A stretch of 64,000 bases of DNA from a bacterium (GCA_016789445.1 JAEUQT010000003.1:82600-146599), one strand, 5' to 3'. Positions 1 to 7,826 are shown, counted from the first letter of the stretch. Numbers and translations: made by a program. The notes: generated from the sequence alone by a model not told the origin.

Positions 1-112
1 CGTCGTACTCGTTTTCCGGAAGCGCATTCAAAACCGCGCCTCCCGTTTTCAGCGAGAGATCGTATTCGCTTGATGCGCCACCTCTTAGAACGCCAACAAC
101 CGTGCGAGCCAT
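1..112 (-). CDS. ddl: D-alanine--D-alanine ligase, N-terminal fragment (gene continues past window start)
   Basis: Reverse-strand ATG at 112. The translation MARTVVGVLRGGASSEYDLSLKTGGAVLNALPENEYD fits the Ddl N-terminal pattern (VxVLxGGxSxExxxSLxxG). An in-frame stop just upstream fixes the start. Confidence 0.5.
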   Translation of the reverse strand, partial: MARTVVGVLRGGASSEYDLSLKTGGAVLNALPENEYD

Positions 113-251
113 GAAAAACGCGCCAGAATTTCCCATCTACATCGTTGCGGGTCCCTCCAGGTTCGTCATCGTACATTTTGTACGCCTCCTCACCTGTCTT
201 CCCGCGCCTCGTATCTAGAAAATTCTGATCACGTTTTAAAGTATACCCCAC

Positions 252-285
252 AAAAAAGAAGGACCGGTCGAATGTCGACCGGTCC
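252..285 (-). terminator. intrinsic terminator
   Basis: Hairpin GGACCGGTCGA-ATG-TCGACCGGTCC. It is preceded on + by an A-run, which is a T-run on the minus strand. It lies just downstream of the 293-487 ORF. Confidence 0.7.
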
Positions 286-292
286 GTGATGC

Positions 293-487
293 TTAGTGCC
301 GCCGCACGGCGTGAGCATCGAACGCTTCGATCTGTGACGGCGACATCGCCATCAGCATACCGAGCCTGAATTTCGCTTGTTCGTAGAGCGGGGTGTTCGC
401 TTTGACGAGCGCCTTCTCCTCTTCGGTGAGGCGATCGAATGCGGTGCGAACTGCGATGTCATGCGTGGTTGCCATTACGGCCTCCAT
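293..487 (-). CDS. hypothetical small protein (64 aa)
   Basis: ORF track; followed by its own terminator hairpin; purine-rich stretch upstream of the ATG. Confidence 0.55.
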   Translation of the reverse strand: MEAVMATTHDIAVRTAFDRLTEEEKALVKANTPLYEQAKFRLGMLMAMSPSQIEAFDAHAVRRH

Positions 488-564
488 TCACTGGATCCCT
501 GCCCTCAGTGGACATTAGGATAATTATACACCATTTCGGCGTATTTTGTCAATATCCTAGACGA

Positions 565-588
565 GGGAACTATATACCTATCTACCCT
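565..588. repeat. left terminal inverted repeat of the IS element
   Basis: GGGAACTATATACCTATCTACCCT. The reverse complement of 2584-2607 is GGGAACTATATAGATAGCTACCCT. Confidence 0.8.
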
Positions 589-598
589 AGACGATAAA

Positions 599-778
599 TT
601 ACTTACGTTCCTGCGTCCATTTATTGCCAAATTCGTCGTAGCCCTCTTTTGGCTTACTAAGCTTATCTATCTTCTCTTCCAGATCGTCTATCCGGTCAGA
701 AAGGCTGCCGAGCGCAGCGCGGTGCGCTAAGAAACCGATAAAAGCGACAATTGCAAAAATCCACAGTAGCCACTGCAT
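599..778 (-). CDS. small membrane/coiled-coil protein (59 aa), inside the IS
   Basis: Hand translation: MQWLLWIFAIVAFIGFLAHRAALGSLSDRIDDLEEKIDKLSKPKEGYDEFGNKWTQERK. Its ATG lies 1 nt after the stop of the preceding mini-ORF. It is below the 60-aa track cutoff. Confidence 0.45.
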   Translation of the reverse strand: MQWLLWIFAIVAFIGFLAHRAALGSLSDRIDDLEEKIDKLSKPKEGYDEFGNKWTQERK

Positions 779-779
779 A

Positions 780-914
780 TCATTTCTTCTTACCTTTTAA
801 TTGCTTCTTGCTCTTATAGCCTGACTTGGCGAGTGCGCCAAGCACCTCATCGAATGAGGCGGGAATGGGTTTATGGATTTTGGGCTTGCGGCCGCGTGTT
901 TCTTTCTTGCTCAT
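780..914 (-). CDS. small basic protein (44 aa), inside the IS
   Basis: Hand translation: MSKKETRGRKPKIHKPIPASFDEVLGALAKSGYKSKKQLKGKKK. Its ATG overlaps the transposase TGA (ATGA), which suggests translational coupling. Confidence 0.45.
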   Translation of the reverse strand: MSKKETRGRKPKIHKPIPASFDEVLGALAKSGYKSKKQLKGKKK

Positions 915-1795
915 GCCGTGAGTTTCCTCAAAGGCATTTTACCACTTTTGGCGATACGTCGTGTCGTATCCTCGAATATCGTCTGCATAGGGCTGGTGCG
1001 GTGGTTGAACCGGAACGCCACCTCATCGACGTATCGCTGGAGGTGCTTCTTGCTCATCGAATGATAGGTACCGTGATAGTTACGCTTGAAAAGCGCCCAG
1101 AATGACTCGATAGAGTTGGTGCTGACGGTGCCGCGTACCCAGTGCTTCTTCCCGTGCTTGATATATCCCCACTGATAGCCGAGCTTCGGCAGCTTCGAGT
1201 ACACGCGAGCCTCGTCGGACATAATCTTCGTCTTAGGATGGATGTGCTTGCGGATTGTCGGCAAAAGGGTTTCTGTCCCACGATCGGGAACGGCAACAAC
1301 GCGGATACGGCCACCGCGCTCTGTCATGCCCATAAGCACCTGCTTCTTGCGGAAGCCGTCTTTGCGCTTGTGCTTGCCTCCGAGGTACGTTTCGTCCACC
1401 TCGACAACGCCAAGGAGTTTAGCCTTGGACTGCTTAAAAGACGCGCGGATACGCATATCCATGAACCATGCCGTCTTCTGCGTAACGCCGACATGTGAGG
1501 CGAGTTCGATGCTGGAGATGCCCTTCTTGCGGGTTGTGAGGAGGTAGATGGCGATGAACCATGAACGCATCGGGATTTTGCTCTCTCCGAAGAGCGTACC
1601 GGTCTTGATGGTGAAGTCCTTACGACACTTGTGGCAGCGGTAGCGGATGCCATCGGAGAAGCGCATGATTTGGTTGTGCTTGCAGTGCGGGCAGTAGTCG
1701 CCCTTGGCAAAGCGCATACGTTCAAAGTAGGCGCGGCACGCCGCCTCGTCGGGGAAAGCTGCCATGAACTGGGCGAGGGTCTTAAAGTTATTCAT
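911..1795 (-). CDS. IS1595-family (ISXO2-like) transposase
   Basis: 294 aa. N-terminal zinc ribbon (CPHC...CHKC) followed by a DDE-type core (VEVDETYLGG ... MSDEARVY ... TNSIESFW), as in IS1595/ISXO2-like transposases. Confidence 0.9.
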   Translation of the reverse strand: MNNFKTLAQFMAAFPDEAACRAYFERMRFAKGDYCPHCKHNQIMRFSDGIRYRCHKCRKDFTIKTGTLFGESKIPMRSWFIAIYLLTTRKKGISSIELASHVGVTQKTAWFMDMRIRASFKQSKAKLLGVVEVDETYLGGKHKRKDGFRKKQVLMGMTERGGRIRVVAVPDRGTETLLPTIRKHIHPKTKIMSDEARVYSKLPKLGYQWGYIKHGKKHWVRGTVSTNSIESFWALFKRNYHGTYHSMSKKHLQRYVDEVAFRFNHRTSPMQTIFEDTTRRIAKSGKMPLRKLTA

Positions 1796-2276
1796 AGCCC
1801 CATCCTATACTCCCGCTTTAGGGTTGTCAAGTGCTGGAAATAAATATCGCTTCTGCCTGTGGATAAACCCCCTCTATACAAGCGAAAGAGCCTTGCTACG
1901 ATATTGGTAGACAGCTGCGGAGCGGCTTGGTCGCCTACCTCCGTTGTCATAGCTTGCACCGAAACAGACAACCTGTTTCTTACTCTCGGCACAGGATCCA
2001 AAAGACCATGCGCCGATAAGGCGTAACCACCGAAAGGTGCAAGCGCCTGCGCCGGGAGTAAGGGATAGGTTTTTTGAATATCGGAAAAGCGAATACCCCC
2101 GAAGTGGGGGCATTAGCGTAGTTGGTCTGGATTGCCTCTCCTAAAAACGGATAGGGCGGGACGACATGAATCCCGGTACAGAACCTATTATTGCGACTTT
2201 AGGCCTAAAGTCTTCGAAAACAAGTACTTGTACGGCTGACACGTTTTATAGTGCCTCCCCCTCGCGGGCTTCCGCG
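1796..2276 (+). ncRNA. hairpin-rich non-coding segment; candidate structured RNA with some RNase P RNA-like motifs (unverified)
   Basis: No credible ORF. Contains several hairpins: CACC-GAAA-GGTG; an imperfect (one-mismatch) AATACCCCC-GAAGT-GGGGGCATT; and the palindromes GACTTTAGGCCTAAAGTC and ACAAGTACTTGT. Motifs GAAACAGAC and ATGAAT..ACAGAACC occur in the order seen in class A RNase P RNA. The canonical GAGGAAAGUCC element is absent. Confidence 0.3.
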
Positions 2277-2299
2277 ATCACCTTCAAAAGGTGATACAT

Positions 2300-2384
2300 G
2301 CGTCCGTGGCGAAACTAGGTAAACGCAGTGGATTTGTAATCCACCATCCCCTCGGATTTGCGGGTTCAAGTCCCGTCGGACGCA
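2300..2384 (+). tRNA. class II tRNA (long variable arm); anticodon loop TTTGTAA = anticodon UGU as folded; Leu/Tyr-like body
   Basis: Manual cloverleaf. Acceptor GCGTCCG/CGGACGC. D arm GCG-AAACTAGGTAAA-CGC. Anticodon stem GTGGA/TCCAC. 15-nt variable arm (ATCC-CCTC-GGAT). T arm GCGGG-TTCAAGT-CCCGT. Discriminator A. No encoded CCA. Confidence 0.85.
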
Positions 2385-2583
2385 AATATCAACTCTCAAA
2401 GACCATAAACAACAGCCAGTTATCTGACTGTCGCGCACGACTGCTAGTAATTGAACGATCCCGCGGTTCCCCCTTTCAAATCGTTTCCGATTACCACCAT
2501 TGTAGACGAAGGTGGTACATGCGGTAAATAGAGTTATCCACGCGGATTCGGACTATACAACAATCTTCATGCGATTGGAATTA

Positions 2584-2607
2584 AGGGTAGCTATCTATAT
2601 AGTTCCC
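2584..2607. repeat. right terminal inverted repeat of the IS element
   Basis: AGGGTAGCTATCTATATAGTTCCC, the inverted copy of 565-588 (21/24 identical). Confidence 0.8.
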
Positions 2608-3867
2608 CTAGACGATGCTGGTCGCTTGTCGTCGCTTACGATGCCACGTAATCGCGAAACGATGCGCCTCAGAATTGGCGAGAAGGATGTCACGTTCAAA
2701 CGATTGTATGGCATTGAGATTGCCGATGAGACGTTCCGGACGATGGCGTTCGTTCTTTACGACACCCACCAGCGGAATGGTGATACCCGCTTTGGAGAGC
2801 ACTTTCTTGGCGGCATTCATCTGTGCCGTCGAGCCATCGACGACGATGACGCGCGGATACTGCCATTCAGGATGAAGTAATCGGCGCGACAAGACTTCAG
2901 TCAGAGCTCCCGGATCGTTGTTGGTGAATCCCTTCACTTTGAATTTGCGATAGGCGCTTTTGAGCGGTTCCCCTTCTTCGACGGCGACCATGACGCCGAC
3001 CGTTTCGGTGCCGGAGGTGTGGGCGACGTCGAATGCTTCGATACGTGCGCCGCGTTGCGGGATGTTGCCGCCGCTGGAGATGCGGGAATCATCCTTGATG
3101 AGCGCGATGTCGTTGATGTGGGTCAGCGCGCCGACCTGACGGCGTGCGCGTTCGGCATCTTCGAATCGTTCTTCTTTGGCAGCCACTTTCATTTCCTTCT
3201 CGAGCTCCTTCACGAGCGTTTTCTTCTTGCCGCTGAAAAGAAGGCAGATGTTGCGGATAGTGATTGCGTATTCCTGCGCATCGGTTTCTCCGGTGCAGAC
3301 GCCAGGGCACAGCCCTATTTGCCTGTTAAAACAGGGACGGCAATTGGCTTTGCCGGACTTGAGTTGTTCCGAGCATGGGGTGCACTTGTCATCGCGATAC
3401 GGGAAGATGCGACGCACGAGCTTCATCGCTTCGCGCAGCGCGAGGCCTTGCGGAAACGGGCCGAAAAGCTGCTTCACCTTCCCTCCCTGCCAGTTGGTGA
3501 AGTATTCACGACCACGCACGACGAGCAGGCGCGGGAATGCTTCTTCGGTCACCACGAGGTAGTTGAAGCTGCGGTTGTTCTTGTCGATGATGTTGTAGGG
3601 CGGCGTGTGCTTCTTGATGAGATTCGCTTCGAGGATCATCGCTTCGAGTACGGAATCCGCTTCTTCCCACGTGATGGTGTCGGCTTCCTGCACCATGGCC
3701 GCGATGGCGGTGGAACGCGATTCCTGAAGGCCGGCATTGAAATAGCTGCGCACGCGGTCGCGCAGCACCGTTGCCTTGCCGATATACAAAATCTTCCCGC
3801 CCTTCTGGAAGCGGTAGATGCCCGGTGTTTCCGGAAGGTCGAATTTTTGGAGGTCATCTTTCTGCAT
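2608..3867 (-). CDS. uvrC: excinuclease ABC subunit C (short form, 419 aa)
   Basis: N-terminal GIY-YIG (GIYRF...ILYIGKA), a UVR-like helical segment, and an RNase H-like endonuclease domain (EAFDVAHTSG ... EAHRFAITWHRKRR). No C-terminal helix-hairpin-helix pair. Confidence 0.9.
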   Translation of the reverse strand: MQKDDLQKFDLPETPGIYRFQKGGKILYIGKATVLRDRVRSYFNAGLQESRSTAIAAMVQEADTITWEEADSVLEAMILEANLIKKHTPPYNIIDKNNRSFNYLVVTEEAFPRLLVVRGREYFTNWQGGKVKQLFGPFPQGLALREAMKLVRRIFPYRDDKCTPCSEQLKSGKANCRPCFNRQIGLCPGVCTGETDAQEYAITIRNICLLFSGKKKTLVKELEKEMKVAAKEERFEDAERARRQVGALTHINDIALIKDDSRISSGGNIPQRGARIEAFDVAHTSGTETVGVMVAVEEGEPLKSAYRKFKVKGFTNNDPGALTEVLSRRLLHPEWQYPRVIVVDGSTAQMNAAKKVLSKAGITIPLVGVVKNERHRPERLIGNLNAIQSFERDILLANSEAHRFAITWHRKRRQATSIV

Positions 3868-4052
3868 GACGACTCAGTGTGCAACACTTGACGCCGCACA
3901 TCAAGCGTTACCTTATTTTTCAGAATCTTCATTTTCCGGCTCTAGCGCTCACCATCCACATCCCCCACTTGCCGCCAATCGCGTGCGGGCGTATATCTGC
4001 GGCAGAAGTCGTCCCGAAGTGGGAACGACCGTAAACGTCCAAGGAGATTGGA

Positions 4053-4406
4053 ATGGACCTACAGAAATGGCTGGTATGGGCGGTAACGCTCGTGGTGCTC
4101 GGCTTCGGTTACTCGATGTGGAGCGGCATGGGCTTTATGGCACTCCTCACGGATTGGTGGCTGGTCGCGCTCCTGAGCGCACTCGTCATCGCGTGGGCGC
4201 CGGACATGACGATCGAGTTCGAGACCGGATCGGCCGACTGGATCGCGTGGCTGCTCGTCATGTGCGTCCTCTTCGGCGCATACGGACTGCTCGCCGGCGG
4301 TGGTGTCCTTGCGCTCTTCACGATGTGGCACTGGGGCGTCGCGCTCGTAAGCGCGCTCGTCATGTACTTCGTCGCCCCGTGGGGCAAGCAGTACATACCG
4401 GCCTGA
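4053..4406 (+). CDS. hypothetical membrane protein (117 aa)
   Basis: AAGGAG Shine-Dalgarno sequence upstream; about 4 hydrophobic, Trp-rich segments. Confidence 0.6.
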   Translation: MDLQKWLVWAVTLVVLGFGYSMWSGMGFMALLTDWWLVALLSALVIAWAPDMTIEFETGSADWIAWLLVMCVLFGAYGLLAGGGVLALFTMWHWGVALVSALVMYFVAPWGKQYIPA

Positions 4407-4441
4407 AAAAGACGCGCCCGCAGCAGTGCTGCGGGCGTTTC

Positions 4442-4681
4442 TCATAGAGTCGCGAGCGGTACGTGCTTAAGATACTCGCACTGGACACTCGGCGGCAGAT
4501 ACGCGCATCCGCCGGCAACGAAGATACGGTATGCAGCGCGGCCTTCGGAGACCTGATTGTTCTCGAACGCCTTGATGAACACATCTTCGTCTGACACCGC
4601 GCTCAGTTCGCCTCGCAGGAACGCGAGGATTTCCGGGATCGGCGTCAAAAGCCGGGGGTCTTCAAGCGTGATTGCTGACAT
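4442..4681 (-). CDS. hypothetical protein (79 aa from MSAITLEDP)
   Basis: ORF track. GAAAGGGA precedes the internal ATG at 4681, so that start is preferred over 4708. Confidence 0.5.
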   Translation of the reverse strand: MSAITLEDPRLLTPIPEILAFLRGELSAVSDEDVFIKAFENNQVSEGRAAYRIFVAGGCAYLPPSVQCEYLKHVPLATL

Positions 4682-4813
4682 CTGCGGTCCCTTTCCCTGT
4701 AGGAGCAATCTAAAAATGCACTATACCCGCTTGCAGTCATTTTTCAAGGTACCGCTGGACAACGGCTGCGCGAAGCATATGCTGCCAGCGGGACTAACCA
4801 ACGGAGGAAAAAG

Positions 4814-5068
4814 ATGAATAATCTGCTCGAAGGAGCGAGGGATGTCGCCATCGGACTCGTCGTGTACGCAACAGGCGTCTTCCTGGTGATACTCATCGGA
4901 CAGTTCCTGACGCCCAAGGGCGTCCTGTCGATGGCACCGGTCTACACCTGGCTCGCGTACATCAGCCGACCGGACATCCTCGTTACCATGATCGGTGCTG
5001 GGATCGCGGTCAAATACGCATCACAGCTCTCGTGGGCACACTCATCTGAACCTAATAGGAGGAAATAA
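4814..5068 (+). CDS. hypothetical membrane protein (84 aa)
   Basis: GGAGGA Shine-Dalgarno sequence; two hydrophobic helices; hairpin GGCCCGC-ACGCTA-GCGGGCC plus T-run follows. Confidence 0.6.
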   Translation: MNNLLEGARDVAIGLVVYATGVFLVILIGQFLTPKGVLSMAPVYTWLAYISRPDILVTMIGAGIAVKYASQLSWAHSSEPNRRK

Positions 5069-5103
5069 GTCCTAGGCCCGCGGCCCGCACGCTAGCGGGC
5101 CTT

Positions 5104-7740
5104 TTATTTTTTCTTCTTCGTACGCTTCGCGAGCTCGCGCTTGAGGTACGTGCCAGTGTGGGAGCCTGTTTTTTCCGCGACTTGCTCCGGAGTGCCCTTC
5201 GCGACGATCCTGCCGCCATTGGAACCGCCTTCAGGACCGAAATCGACGAGATAGTCGGCGGATTTCAGGACATCGAGATTGTGTTCGATGACGACCACGG
5301 AATTACCCCGATCGACGAGACGCTGGAGGATCTCGATGAGCTTCGCGACGTCGTCGTAGTGCAATCCCACGGTAGGCTCGTCGAGGAGGTACATGGTCTT
5401 CGTCTGGTGCGGACGATACAGTTCCGACGCGATCTTCACGCGCTGCGCTTCTCCGCCGGAGAGCGTCGTCGCGCTCTGCCCGAGCTCGAGATACGAGAGG
5501 CCGACATCCATGAGGGTCTGCAGACGATCAGAGATTGCCGGGATGTCTTGGAAGAATTCGGTCGCTTCCTCCACCGTCATCTTCAAGACGTCGTGGATGC
5601 TCTTCTTCTTGAACTTCACATCGAGCGTCTCTTTCATGAATCGCTTGCCGTTGCAGACATCGCACGTGACGTAGACCGTCGGGAGGAAGTGCATTTCCAC
5701 CGCGACCATACCGTTCCCTTCGCACGCTTCGCAGCGGCCGCCTTTGCGGTTGAATGAGAATCGCGACGGACCCCATGCGCGTGCTTTTGCCTCCTCCGTC
5801 ATCGCGAAGAGATCGCGGATGTGCGTCCATGCGCCGGTGTAGGTAGCAGGGTTCGATCGCGGCGTGCGGCCGATCGGCGATTGATCTATCAAGATACTGC
5901 GGCCGAGGTACTCGGTGCCGGAAAACTCTGCAACGTTGTACTGCTTCGCGGTGCGGAAGCGCTTATCGAAACGGGCCTGCAGGTTGCGATGGAGGATCTC
6001 GTAGAGGAACGTGGATTTACCGGAGCCGGAGACGCCGGAGATGACGACGAGTTTGCCGAGCGGGATCTCGACATCCTGATTCTGGATGCTGAACTTCGTC
6101 GCGCCTTTTATCTTGATCTTTCCCTTATCCTGCGTGCGGCGCTCCTTCGGGACTTCGACGCGGACTTCGTCACGTAGGTATGCAAGCGTGCGCGAGCCGG
6201 ATTTGTTCGTCTTCGCGGTAAGGAGATCTTCCAGCCACCCATCGGCGACGATGTTGCCACCGTGCGTTCCGGCGCCGGGGCCGATATCCACGATGTAATC
6301 AGCGGCGAAAATGGTGTCTTCGTCGTGCTCGACGACAAGGACGGTGTTTCCTAAGTCGCGCAGACGCTTGAGTGTCTCGATAAGGCGATCGTTGTCTCTC
6401 TGATGGAGACCGATGGTCGGCTCATCCAAGACATAGAGCGCTCCCACGAGACCGGAGCCGAGCTGTGACGCAAGACGGATGCGCTGCGCTTCCCCGCCGG
6501 AGAGGGTGTTTGCCTTACGATCGAGGGTGAGGTACTCGATGCCGACGTTGAGCATGAATTGGACGCGGCTGGAGATCTCCTTGATGACCGCCTTCGAGAT
6601 CTCCATCTCTTTTTCACTCAACTGAAGCGCATCGAAAAACTTCTTTGCGTCCTCGATCGACATCGAGCTCACTTCGACGATGTTCTTACGGGATTCCTCC
6701 TTCCCCTTCGTGTACAGGTAGACGTGAAGCGCTTCGTTGCGCAGACGCGCGCCCTTGCAGGTCTCGCACGGCTCATCGCTCCAGATGTACTTGGTGCCGA
6801 TACCGTTACAGGTCGGGCACGCGCCGTACGGCGAGTTGAATGAAAAGAGACGCGGTTCGACTTCCGGAAATGAGAAGCCATCGTACGGGCACATGAACTT
6901 CGCGGAGACGATCTTGCCTTCGCCTCCCGGCTCATAGATCTTTACGAGCCCCTCGGCCTCGTGGAGCGCGCGCTCGATCGCTTCGGAGGCGCGTTCGCGG
7001 GTTCCCTTCGGATCGTCATTGAATTCGCTGACGAAGATCTCATCGACGATGATGTCGATGTCGTGCTTGAAGTTCTTTTTCAGTTCCACTCTCTGACGGA
7101 GAGAGTGCTCATTGCCGTCGATGATCGCTTTCTCAAAGCCCTTGTTGAGCATATCGTAAAGGAGCTGGTAGTACTCGCCCTTACGGCCGACGACCATCGG
7201 TGCGGCGATGCGGATTTTTGCCTTGGAAACTCCTGACGTAAGCGCTTCAGGATTCGCTTTCTTGAGTGCCTTCGAGGTCTTCTCGACGGATTTCAAGATG
7301 GAATCGAGGATTTCTTCATTCGTGAGCTTGCGGACCTCGCGATCACAGATCGGGCAGTGCGGATGACCCACGCGCGAGTAGAGGACGCGGAGGTAGTCGT
7401 AGATTTCGGTGATGGTCGCGACCGTGGATCGCGGGTTGTTGGAGCGGGACTTCTGGTCGATGGAAATCGCCGGTGAAAGGCCGCTGATCTCGTCGACATC
7501 CGGCTTCTGCATCTGGCGGAGGAATTGTCGCGCGTAGGCGGAGAGCGATTCGACGTACTTGCGCTGACCTTCCGCGAAGATGGTATCGAACGCGAGTGAT
7601 GACTTCCCCGAGCCCGAAAGGCCGGTGAATACGATCATTGTGCCGCGCGGCATCTCCACACTCACGTTCTTGAGATTGTGCGTGCGGGCGCCCTTCACGA
7701 TGATGCTGCCTTCCGTAGTGTGTTTCTTGTTCTTTTCCAT
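5104..7740 (-). CDS. uvrA: excinuclease ABC subunit A
   Basis: Two ABC ATPase modules (GLSGSGKSS, GVSGSGKST, two LSGGE signatures) and zinc-finger cysteines. The start is set at MEKNKKHTTEG; the upstream part of the 936-aa ORF looks non-coding. Confidence 0.92.
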   Translation of the reverse strand: MEKNKKHTTEGSIIVKGARTHNLKNVSVEMPRGTMIVFTGLSGSGKSSLAFDTIFAEGQRKYVESLSAYARQFLRQMQKPDVDEISGLSPAISIDQKSRSNNPRSTVATITEIYDYLRVLYSRVGHPHCPICDREVRKLTNEEILDSILKSVEKTSKALKKANPEALTSGVSKAKIRIAAPMVVGRKGEYYQLLYDMLNKGFEKAIIDGNEHSLRQRVELKKNFKHDIDIIVDEIFVSEFNDDPKGTRERASEAIERALHEAEGLVKIYEPGGEGKIVSAKFMCPYDGFSFPEVEPRLFSFNSPYGACPTCNGIGTKYIWSDEPCETCKGARLRNEALHVYLYTKGKEESRKNIVEVSSMSIEDAKKFFDALQLSEKEMEISKAVIKEISSRVQFMLNVGIEYLTLDRKANTLSGGEAQRIRLASQLGSGLVGALYVLDEPTIGLHQRDNDRLIETLKRLRDLGNTVLVVEHDEDTIFAADYIVDIGPGAGTHGGNIVADGWLEDLLTAKTNKSGSRTLAYLRDEVRVEVPKERRTQDKGKIKIKGATKFSIQNQDVEIPLGKLVVISGVSGSGKSTFLYEILHRNLQARFDKRFRTAKQYNVAEFSGTEYLGRSILIDQSPIGRTPRSNPATYTGAWTHIRDLFAMTEEAKARAWGPSRFSFNRKGGRCEACEGNGMVAVEMHFLPTVYVTCDVCNGKRFMKETLDVKFKKKSIHDVLKMTVEEATEFFQDIPAISDRLQTLMDVGLSYLELGQSATTLSGGEAQRVKIASELYRPHQTKTMYLLDEPTVGLHYDDVAKLIEILQRLVDRGNSVVVIEHNLDVLKSADYLVDFGPEGGSNGGRIVAKGTPEQVAEKTGSHTGTYLKRELAKRTKKKK

Positions 7741-7826
7741 ACCCGAAACGGCCCCCTGTCTGAGATAGGGGGTACGTGGGACCACTATAGCATACGAGGA
7801 CCCTTGGAAGAGTCCTCGCTGGTTTC

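Larger units (their letters stand above)
565..2607 (-). mobile_element. IS1595-family insertion element with passenger content (2,043 bp)
   Basis: 24-bp terminal inverted repeats with 21/24 identity. They are flanked by the identical 8-bp direct repeat CTAGACGA (557-564 and 2608-2615). The element encloses an IS1595/ISXO2-type transposase ORF. Confidence 0.75.

Noticed and set aside
1-176. Alternative reverse-strand ORF starting at about 176 with a strong GAGGAGG Shine-Dalgarno sequence (MYDDEPGGTRNDVDGKFWRVFHGS...), overlapping the ddl start in another frame.
   Set aside because: After about 20 residues the translation becomes Arg/Trp-rich nonsense, whereas the other frame matches the Ddl N-terminus. 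It could at most be a short leader peptide, which cannot be decided from the window edge.
1796-2276. tmRNA, SRP RNA, 6S RNA or a group II intron in the IS-internal non-coding segment. The same was checked for 12885-13395 and 33672-33840.
   Set aside because: None of the defining motifs were found: the tmRNA GGGG..UUCGAC 5' end, tag ORF and tRNA-like 3' end; the SRP GGAAGCAGC helix-8 motif; or group II domain V.
2300-2384. Link between the unusual tRNA and the in-frame TAG at 40231-40233 (suppressor tRNA hypothesis).
   Set aside because: The anticodon as folded is UGU, not CUA. TAG also terminates several well-supported genes in the window (uvrC, and the ORFs at 38088, 50158 and 62787).
2584-3867. 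uvrC truncated by the IS insertion.
   Set aside because: The 8-bp target duplication reproduces the ATC GTC TAG end of uvrC on the other side of the element, followed by unrelated sequence. The gene end therefore predates the insertion, and no HhH-coding remnant lies beyond 557.
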